A stretch of 24,000 nt of DNA from Pseudomonas sp. NPDC086278 (lineage in GTDB: Bacteria; Pseudomonadota; Gammaproteobacteria; Pseudomonadales; Pseudomonadaceae), in the NCBI RefSeq assembly GCF_050280905.1, contig NZ_JBNNWE010000002.1, positions 99,593-123,592 of the forward strand, read 5' to 3'. The translations under genes were made by a program, and so were the position numbers. The notes beneath the pieces are model-generated. The model did not search any database and was not told the origin of the DNA. It was given only the letters and a program-made list of their open reading frames with translations. Each line of letters begins with the position of its first letter. Positions within the stretch are counted from its first letter, which is position 1. This document shows, one piece after another, positions 8,440 to 15,251 of the stretch.

Positions 8440-11352
8440 ATGAGTGTTCGTCCATTGACCGACTCTTCGCGGCAATCAAACGACTGCGACGTTGACGCAG
8501 CTCAATTGAAAGGGAATTCGGATACCGCCGGCAAGGCTTGCGCGGGGGCCGGGGACACCATCGAACAATTGCTGGATTCAGCGCGCCAATGGGGCCACAC
8601 CACCGCATGGGTGGTTTACCGCGCCGGTGAGCAAATGCACTTGATCGGGCAGGGCGACCCGCGAGTGAAGTGGCCTTCAAGCGTTGCAAATGAAGAATTC
8701 GAAGTCTTTTGCCTGGACCGGAACCTTCACCGCTGGCCGACCGGTCGGGGCGAGAGCGTGCTGGGATGGCTTCTCGCGCCAGCCAGCGATGCTACACAAC
8801 CCGCGCTCGCCGAGTTTGCCCAGTGCCTGGGCATTCAACTGCAAACCAATACCCTGGCCCGCGCGCAGATCACTCAACGTGTTCTGTATGAAATTACTTA
8901 TCTGGCGAGTTCGACCCGCGACCGGTCAGTGTTTCTGGTCGGGGTTCACCAACTGCTGGCGAGCCTGATCGACGCCGAGAACTTCTATCTCGCGCTGTAT
9001 GACCCGCACACTGGAAAGATCGATTACCCGTATTACGTCGACATCATCGACGTCGATGCCGTGGAGTCCGAGCACTACGAATACCTTGACCTCTCGTACC
9101 TGTCGTTGACCGGCCAGGTGTTAACCACGGGCCAGCCGTTGCTGATCGACGCCGCCGGCATTATCGCGGCGCATGAGGAGAACCGTTTCCATTGCGTGGG
9201 TGATCGTCCCGAGTTCTGGATGGGGGCCCCGTTGAAGAATGCCTCGGATGATGTATTCGGCATGCTGGCGATGCAGGTCTACGACGTTTCCCGTATTTAC
9301 AGCGCTGAAGACCGCGCGCTGTTTCTGGTGGTGGCCCGCCACGTGGCCATGGCACTGGACCGGATTCTGCACCGCGAGGACCTCGAACGGACGGTGATGC
9401 GCCGCACCCTGGAACTGTCGGCGCTCAACGATGCATTGAGGCAGGAAGTGGCGGAGCGTCAGCGCGCCGAACACTTGCAGAGCGCGCTGTTCCAGATTGC
9501 TGAGTTATCGAGCCAGCCTGGGGACATGGCTGAGTTGTTCAAAACCTTGCATGGCATTGTTGGTGAGCTGCTGTTCGCGCGGAACTTCTACATTGCGCTG
9601 TTCGACGACACGACCGCTGAGGTGACCTTTCCCTATTATGTCGACGAGCGCCAGACCACGTGCCCGGCCGCGCGGCGTGGGCGCCGGGGCTTGACCGAGT
9701 ACGTTATCCGTCAGCGTCGGCCGTGCCTGATTGACGTCGACGAGGCGGACCGACTGTCTGCCCACGGTGAAGTCGAACTGGCCGAGGAGTCGGTCCGGTC
9801 CTACTCGTGGCTGGGCATTCCATTGTTCGATGGCGACGTGGTCCGTGGCGTGCTGGCGGTGCAGAGCTATACCTCGCAGGTGCAATACACCCTGCGTGAT
9901 CAGGAACTGCTGACCTTCGTGTCGCGGCATATCGACACCGCGTTGTCGCGACGCACGGCCGCCGAAGCCATCCATGCCGCCAACCTCAAGCTGGAAGCCC
10001 GGGTGCAGAACCGCACCCGCGAACTCGACCACGCCAATGCCAAGTTGCAACACGAAAACTCCCACGATGCGCTGACCGGGTTGCCGAATCGGACCTACCT
10101 GCAACAGCGCCTCAATCAGGCCTGGTCGCGGTTCGGCAGCGAAGGCGGGCATCTGGCGGTGATGTTCATCGACCTGGACCGTTTCAAGATGGTCAACGAC
10201 AGCCTCGGCCATCATTTTGGCGACCTGCTGTTGATGCAGGCCGCCCACCGTCTACGCGGTTGCCTGCGCGACACCGACATGCTGGCGCGCCTGGGCGGCG
10301 ATGAGTTTTCGGTGCTGGCCCCGGAAGCACCGCTGGACGTGGTGATCGACATCGCCGAACGGATCCTGGTGGCGTTTGACCTGCCGTTCTTCATCAATGG
10401 CCATGAAGTCTTTTCGTCCTGCAGCATCGGTATTGTCAGCGCCGACAGCCAGTTCCACCACGAGCCCGCCGACTTGCTGCGCGATGCCGATGCGGCGATG
10501 TACCGGGTCAAGAGTGCCGGGCGCGACAGCTACGCGGTGTTCAATCAGGAAGTGCGCCGGGAAGTTTCGGACCAGGTCGAGCGTGAAGGGGCCTTGCGCA
10601 ACGCGCTCAAACGCACCGACGAACTGGTGCCGTATTTTCAGCCGATTGTCAGTGTCGAGACCGGTGAATTGTTGGCCTTTGAAGCGCTGATCCGCTGGCA
10701 TCAGCCGGGTGGCCGGGTGATTGCGCCGGGCGAGTTTCTGCCGGATGTCGAGGGCCTGCGTCTGATCGGTCGACTGGACCTGTACATGCTGACCAGCATT
10801 GCCGTGATCCTCGCCGAGCCTGAACACGCCAATTGGCCCCCGGTGCACGTCAACTGCTCCAGCTACAGCATGACGCGCCCGGATTTCGCCAGTGATGTGC
10901 TGGCACTGCTGACGCGTTATCAGGTAGCGCCGTCGCGGATCTGCCTGGAGCTGACCGAAGGTGCGCTGGTGGCCGAGCCGGCGATTGCCCGGCTGACCAT
11001 GCAGCAACTGGCCGATAACGGCATGTCGGTGGTGCTCGATGACTTCGGTGCAGGGTTTTCATCCCTGAGCTACGTGCATCAATACCGTTTCAGCGGCTTG
11101 AAGATCGACAAGTCGTTCATCCTCGAACTGACCACCAGTGCGCGCAGTCGCGCGATTGTCCGGGCGATTGTGCGGATGGCCGAATCGCTGGACCTGAGTG
11201 TGGTGGCCGAAGGCGTCGAGGATCAAGCGACGCTGGACTTGCTGCGCGAAATGGGCGCAGGGCAGGCCCAGGGCTACTATTTTGCCAAGCCCATGGGGCT
11301 GGAGGCGTTGCTCGCGAGTTCACTGTTCGGTCGGGTCGAAGCAGCTCGGTGA
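8440..11352 (+). CDS. GAF-GAF-GGDEF-EAL c-di-GMP metabolising protein
   Basis: The ATG at 8440 has GGGAG 5 nt upstream; the track start at 8386 is a TTG extension. Two GAF-like modules are present. The GGDEF motif is intact (RLGGDEF) and has an RxxD I-site (RDTD) 5 residues upstream. The EAL signature residues are intact (EALIRW, ELTE, DDFGAGFSS, KIDKSF, AEGVED, QGYYF). Confidence 0.9.
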   Translation: MSVRPLTDSSRQSNDCDVDAAQLKGNSDTAGKACAGAGDTIEQLLDSARQWGHTTAWVVYRAGEQMHLIGQGDPRVKWPSSVANEEFEVFCLDRNLHRWPTGRGESVLGWLLAPASDATQPALAEFAQCLGIQLQTNTLARAQITQRVLYEITYLASSTRDRSVFLVGVHQLLASLIDAENFYLALYDPHTGKIDYPYYVDIIDVDAVESEHYEYLDLSYLSLTGQVLTTGQPLLIDAAGIIAAHEENRFHCVGDRPEFWMGAPLKNASDDVFGMLAMQVYDVSRIYSAEDRALFLVVARHVAMALDRILHREDLERTVMRRTLELSALNDALRQEVAERQRAEHLQSALFQIAELSSQPGDMAELFKTLHGIVGELLFARNFYIALFDDTTAEVTFPYYVDERQTTCPAARRGRRGLTEYVIRQRRPCLIDVDEADRLSAHGEVELAEESVRSYSWLGIPLFDGDVVRGVLAVQSYTSQVQYTLRDQELLTFVSRHIDTALSRRTAAEAIHAANLKLEARVQNRTRELDHANAKLQHENSHDALTGLPNRTYLQQRLNQAWSRFGSEGGHLAVMFIDLDRFKMVNDSLGHHFGDLLLMQAAHRLRGCLRDTDMLARLGGDEFSVLAPEAPLDVVIDIAERILVAFDLPFFINGHEVFSSCSIGIVSADSQFHHEPADLLRDADAAMYRVKSAGRDSYAVFNQEVRREVSDQVEREGALRNALKRTDELVPYFQPIVSVETGELLAFEALIRWHQPGGRVIAPGEFLPDVEGLRLIGRLDLYMLTSIAVILAEPEHANWPPVHVNCSSYSMTRPDFASDVLALLTRYQVAPSRICLELTEGALVAEPAIARLTMQQLADNGMSVVLDDFGAGFSSLSYVHQYRFSGLKIDKSFILELTTSARSRAIVRAIVRMAESLDLSVVAEGVEDQATLDLLREMGAGQAQGYYFAKPMGLEALLASSLFGRVEAAR

Positions 11353-11444
11353 GCGTATAAGTTGAAATTCGAGGCGTTGCTCGACAGAATCGCGCCCCGA
11401 CCTGGCCAATGGCGCCGGGCATTCGCGGTAAAAAGGAACGGTGG

Positions 11445-12140
11445 TTGAACCAACAGACATTGTCCATGCGTCTGGAACGCGTGGCGGCGCATGTGCCCGC
11501 AGGTGCGCGGCTGGCCGATATCGGCTCGGATCACGGTTACCTGCCGGTCGCGTTGATGCGCCGTGGTGCCATCACCGCGGCGGTGGCCGGCGAGGTGGCA
11601 TTGACGCCGTTTCACGCCGCCGAACGCACCGTCCGCGAGAATGGCCAGGCGCTGCGAATCGCCGTGCGCCTGGCCAATGGGCTGGCGGCAATCGAACCGG
11701 AAGACCAGATCACCGCGATCAGCGTCTGCGGCATGGGCGGCGAGACTATCCGCGACATCCTCGACCGCGGCAAGGCGCGCCTGAGCGGTAAGGAACGGTT
11801 GATCCTGCAACCGAATGGCGGCGAGCAGCCACTGCGCCAATGGCTGATGGAAAACGGTTACCGCATTCTCTGCGAGGAGTTGTTGCGGGAGAACCGCTTC
11901 GACTACGAAATCATCGTCGCCGAACGCGCCGGGCCGGTGCTGTACACCGCCGAAGAGTTGTACTTCGGCCCGCTGCAAATGCAGGCGCGCAGCCCGGCGT
12001 TCCTGCTCAAGTGGCAGCGCATATTGCGCGAGAAGCAGAAAACACTGAGCAACTTCGCCCGAGCGCGGCAAGCCGTGCCTGAAGAGAAGTTGCAGGAAAT
12101 CGCCCGGCAGGCCCGGTGGATTACCGAGCTGCTGGCTTGA
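11445..12140 (+). CDS. trmK: tRNA (adenine22-N1)-methyltransferase TrmK family (SAM-dependent)
   Basis: It has the SAM-binding motif ADIGSDHGYLP, CGMGGETI and the typical C-terminal coiled region. I prefer the TTG start at 11445 because AAGGAA lies 6 nt upstream and it gives MNQQTLSMRLERV.... The alternative starts at 11409 and 11466 lack an SD. Confidence 0.8.
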   Translation: MNQQTLSMRLERVAAHVPAGARLADIGSDHGYLPVALMRRGAITAAVAGEVALTPFHAAERTVRENGQALRIAVRLANGLAAIEPEDQITAISVCGMGGETIRDILDRGKARLSGKERLILQPNGGEQPLRQWLMENGYRILCEELLRENRFDYEIIVAERAGPVLYTAEELYFGPLQMQARSPAFLLKWQRILREKQKTLSNFARARQAVPEEKLQEIARQARWITELLA

Positions 12141-12218
12141 ATCCGGTTTGCACTGAAAGTCGCCGAGCGCCCGGCAGGCAAGGCGAAAACAGCTGGGTGA
12201 GGGGCGGTCTGCGCCAGA

Positions 12219-12380
12219 TCAGCCCTCAGAGGACAGGGTTGAGTCGTCACTGGCTTGCGCCGCGAGTTTCAATCGGTCAGCTTTGCTGATGTATTTGGAC
12301 TTGTTGGCCGGTGCCAATTTGGCGCTGGCTTTTTTGGCGTGAGCTTTTAGTAACTGCGTTATTTTTTTACGACGGTTCAT
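12219..12380 (-). CDS. Small lysine-rich protein (53 aa), DUF2986-like
   Basis: Hand translation gives MNRRKKITQLLKAHAKKASAKLAPANKSKYISKADRLKLAAQASDDSTLSSEG*. The ORF is below the track length cutoff. It has an ATG start with a weak SD (AGAAAG). It resembles the MNRRKK...KYISKA small-protein family I recall as DUF2986. Confidence 0.5.
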   Translation of the reverse strand: MNRRKKITQLLKAHAKKASAKLAPANKSKYISKADRLKLAAQASDDSTLSSEG

Positions 12381-12497
12381 GTCTTTCTACCCAGCTTGTC
12401 AATTCTTGAATGGTATCAGCTAGAGTATAAAGCCAGATCGGTGGCGCGCTCTCGCTGCGTACCGGTTGGTATATCAAGACACATGGAGACCTCGCAC

Positions 12498-13109
12498 ATG
12501 AGTGCTACTGCTTCGATCTGGTTTTTTGTCGTGCCATTCGCGATTGCCGCGGCCATTCCCGGCCCCGCTCAGGGGGCGCTTTTGGGGCAAGTGGTGTCGC
12601 GCGGCGCAAGGTCAACAATGCCCTTCATCGCGGGCATGGTGCTGGGCAATGCTGCCTGGCTGTTGGTCGCCACCCTCGGCCTGGCCGCACTGGCGCTGCA
12701 ATTCGAGCAGGCATTCATCGCCGTGAAATGGCTCGGTGTTGCCTTCATTCTGTTCATCGCCTGGAACTTATGGTCGAAAAACACCGAGCACCCTCAAGAG
12801 CCTCCGCAGCGCTCAACCAGCCGAGGCATTCTGGCAGGCGCCATTCTGACACTGAGTAATCCGAAGGCCGTGGTGTTTTTCGGCGCGGTGTTGCCGCATG
12901 CCTTTGATCTAACGGCGCTGTCCTGGCCGCAAGTGATCTTCATCACTGCACTCGGCATCGGGATCGATCTCGCCATCCAATTGGCTTATCTGGTGACCGC
13001 ATCGCAAATCAAACGCGCCATCCAGTCGCCGAAAGCCATGCAACGTCTGAACAGAACGTCAGCCGGGGTCATGACGGGGTGCGCGGGCTGGATGGCCGTT
13101 TCGCGCTGA
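12498..13109 (+). CDS. LysE/RhtB family amino-acid exporter
   Basis: The ATG at 12498 has GGAG 9 nt upstream. The N-terminal PGP motif and the NPKA motif are present, and the hydrophobic profile suggests about 6 TM segments. The track ORF start at 12396 adds a non-hydrophobic 34-aa extension. Confidence 0.85.
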   Translation: MSATASIWFFVVPFAIAAAIPGPAQGALLGQVVSRGARSTMPFIAGMVLGNAAWLLVATLGLAALALQFEQAFIAVKWLGVAFILFIAWNLWSKNTEHPQEPPQRSTSRGILAGAILTLSNPKAVVFFGAVLPHAFDLTALSWPQVIFITALGIGIDLAIQLAYLVTASQIKRAIQSPKAMQRLNRTSAGVMTGCAGWMAVSR

Positions 13110-13161
13110 TCGCTTTGCCCTGCGTACAACCGGCCGGTGTTCTTCGACTTGATCCTCCTTA

Positions 13162-14394
13162 TCAGGGCGACGGGATTTCATTTTGATGCTGATCATATCG
13201 GGCCGACTGACGTTTTCGGTCATCTGCCCGCGGCCCCACAACAGCGAAAATAACCAGTCCTGCCAGGTATAAACCTGCCCCTACGACCCAGACAGTTCCC
13301 GGCTGCGAGGAGCGGGTGGCGAAATAGGTCGTGCTGGCCAGGACGGGCGCGATCACCGTCACCAGGCCGGTAATTGCCCCCATCAACCCCTGCAGGCGAC
13401 CCTGCTGCTGGTCGGATACCGCTGAACTGATCAAGGATTGTATAGCCGGCCCAGCCAGTCCTCCCATGCAAAAAAGCGGGGTCAACGCGAAGGCGACCCA
13501 GCCACTCGTTGCCATTGCGATGAGAAAAAAAGCGCAGCTATCGGCCAATATCCCCAGTATCAGTACTCGCTTTTCACCGAAACGGCTTACGAGCGGCCCG
13601 GCTAGAAATGCTTGAGCCAGCGCATGAAACAAGCCAAAGCACGTCAGCGAAATGCCGACCGTGACGGCTGACCACGCAAATGTATCCTCGCCGTAAACCA
13701 CCCAGATCGTTCCAGCGATCTCGCCGACAAGCGTTATCAGTGCAAACACTATCAACAAGGGTGACAGCGAAGGAAACTGTCCTGCCCAGCGCAGGGCCGC
13801 CAGTGGGTTGAGCAGAGGCGTCGCCTCTCTCTCTTCGCTTGCAGGCTTCGTTTCTCGCAGGACCCATGCGGTCCAGAGCAAATTGGCGAGCGCGAGCCCC
13901 GCTGCGGCAACAAACGGAAGGCGAACCCAATAGCCGCCCAGAATCCCGCCCATCGTAGGCCCGAGGATGTAACCCACCCCGATGCAGGCCCCTAACTGAC
14001 CGAAACGGCGAGCGCGTTGGGTATCGGGAGTTACATCCACAATGACCGCCGAGACAACCGCGGTGCTCGCTCCCGCTATACCCGCCACAGCACGAGCCAG
14101 TAGCAGTAGTTCATAGGACGGGGCAAAAACGAGAAAGGTGTAGGACAGCATCTGGGCCGCCAGCGACATCAAGAGAATCGGACGGCGCCCGTATCGGTCA
14201 GAGAGAGACCCCATCAACGGAGCCGTCAAAAACTGCATGAGTGGATACACCGCAATGAATACTCCCAGCGCCCAGCCGGTAGTCCCGTCCATGCCAACAT
14301 CCCGCAGCAGCGATGGCATGATCGGAAGTGTCAACGCGATACCCATGGCATCCAGAATGGCGGTGATGAACACGGCGGACAAAGTCAGTTTCAT
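13162..14394 (-). CDS. tetA: Tet(A)-like (TCR/Tet family) MFS efflux pump
   Basis: The translation is collinear with class A/B/G tetracycline efflux pumps as I recall them (LDA.GIAL..P..P.LLRD, LSDR.GRRP.LL.SL, GPLVSRFGE.R). I prefer the ATG at 14394 (MKLTLSAV...) because AGGG lies 6 nt upstream. The ATG at 14409 has no SD and sits 6 nt from an operator palindrome. Confidence 0.9.
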   Translation of the reverse strand: MKLTLSAVFITAILDAMGIALTLPIMPSLLRDVGMDGTTGWALGVFIAVYPLMQFLTAPLMGSLSDRYGRRPILLMSLAAQMLSYTFLVFAPSYELLLLARAVAGIAGASTAVVSAVIVDVTPDTQRARRFGQLGACIGVGYILGPTMGGILGGYWVRLPFVAAAGLALANLLWTAWVLRETKPASEEREATPLLNPLAALRWAGQFPSLSPLLIVFALITLVGEIAGTIWVVYGEDTFAWSAVTVGISLTCFGLFHALAQAFLAGPLVSRFGEKRVLILGILADSCAFFLIAMATSGWVAFALTPLFCMGGLAGPAIQSLISSAVSDQQQGRLQGLMGAITGLVTVIAPVLASTTYFATRSSQPGTVWVVGAGLYLAGLVIFAVVGPRADDRKRQSARYDQHQNEIPSP

Positions 14395-14415
14395 GGAAAG
14401 CCCTGGCATGCTAAT

Positions 14416-14428
14416 TTATCGGCGATAA
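14416..14428. promoter_or_regulatory. tetO-like operator palindrome A (TTATCGGCGATAA)
   Basis: A 13-bp palindrome with a central base, located in the compact divergent tetA-tetR intergenic region. Confidence 0.6.
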
Positions 14429-14434
14429 GCAACT

Positions 14435-14447
14435 TTATCAGTGATAA
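14435..14447. promoter_or_regulatory. tetO-like operator palindrome B (TTATCAGTGATAA)
   Basis: A 13-bp palindrome. Its core TATCAGTGATA is identical to the core of the classical Tn10 tetO (TCCCTATCAGTGATAGAGA). Confidence 0.7.
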
Positions 14448-14467
14448 GTAATGGAGACAACTTGCAC

Positions 14468-15076
14468 ATGAGCCTGGATTGCGAACGGATCGTGGACGAA
14501 GCATTGAGTTTGCTTGATGAGGTAGGGTTGGACGCACTGTCTACCCGGGCATTGGCTCAACGCCTTGGGGTTAAGCAGCCAGCGTTGTATTGGCACTTCA
14601 AGAGCCGGCGCAAGCTGCTCGATGCCATGAATGACCGCATCCTGATGCTGGCGCACAAAAATCGCGCCCCACGCGAGGACGACACTTGGGATGCGTTTCT
14701 TTGGCGGGTTGCCAATAGTTTTCGCGATGCTCTGCTCAGTCGTCGCGACGGTGCAAGAATTCATGCGGGTACCGAAGCGACGTTAGACGACCTGGAACCC
14801 TCGGAGCGACAACTGAGGTTTTTGGTCGACGCCGGTTTCTCAGCGACACAAGCACTTGATGTGCTCGTAGCGATTAGCCGCTACACCGTAGGTTGCGTGC
14901 TCGAAGAGCAAGCCGAGTCAGAGCGTGCACCCGACCCGAGTCTGGACGAGGGGGCTGCCCATTACCCGCTGCTATCGGTGGCGCTGGAACACTATCGGCG
15001 CCAAGGCCACACTGCCGCGTTTGAACATGGACTGAACATGCTGATTCGCGGCGCGGGTCCTACTGGACAGGCTTGA
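14468..15076 (+). CDS. tetR: Tetracycline-repressor-type TetR family regulator
   Basis: Hallmarks of true TetR proteins are present: LLDEVGLDALSTRALAQRLGVKQPALYWHF, SFRDALLSRRDGARIHAGT, QLRFLVDAGFS and YTVGCVLEEQA. I prefer the ATG at 14468 with GGAG upstream. The track GTG at 14441 lies inside operator B. Confidence 0.9.
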   Translation: MSLDCERIVDEALSLLDEVGLDALSTRALAQRLGVKQPALYWHFKSRRKLLDAMNDRILMLAHKNRAPREDDTWDAFLWRVANSFRDALLSRRDGARIHAGTEATLDDLEPSERQLRFLVDAGFSATQALDVLVAISRYTVGCVLEEQAESERAPDPSLDEGAAHYPLLSVALEHYRRQGHTAAFEHGLNMLIRGAGPTGQA

Positions 15077-15173
15077 AACGGCTCAGCGTTTTCAACGACG
15101 TTATTCTGCATTAGCTGTCTCTCACCAACAGGCAGCAATGGGGCGGATGGCGACGGTCTGGCCTGGACCGAGC

Positions 15174-15183
15174 TATCGCGATA
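15174..15183. promoter_or_regulatory. Palindrome TATCGCGATA, a possible third TetR-type site upstream of the ABC exporter
   Basis: It has the same TATCG/CGATA half-sites as operator A but lacks the central base. It lies 68 nt upstream of the ABC exporter start. Confidence 0.3.
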
Positions 15184-15251
15184 CTTGCGACAAGCCATGA
15201 ATGACGTTCAATGGCAGAATCCCCCTCAACTTGATCGTTTTGGAGACCCCC

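Noticed and set aside
9505-11007. Two long antisense ORFs (247 and 251 aa) inside the GGDEF-EAL gene. Similar shadow ORFs occur at 786..1358, 1546..2103, 2217..2744, 3654..4268, 4443..5207, 6044..6925, 11277..12071, 16311..17054, 18564..19307, 20182..20976 and 20946..21651.
   Set aside because: These are typical high-GC shadow frames opposite or overlapping strongly supported genes. Their translations are Arg/Gly/Ala/His-rich with no recognisable motifs and no SD sequences.
12467-12476. Near-copy of the candidate GntR operator (TGGTATATCA, 1 mismatch) 21 nt upstream of the LysE start
   Set aside because: The mismatch destroys the AC of the GT..AC core and the flanking TAATAC is absent. My rough estimate is about 1.4 hits with up to 1 mismatch expected by chance in 24 kb on both strands (48000 times 31 / 4^10). 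This is not evidence by itself. It is worth revisiting only if the regulator is shown to bind.
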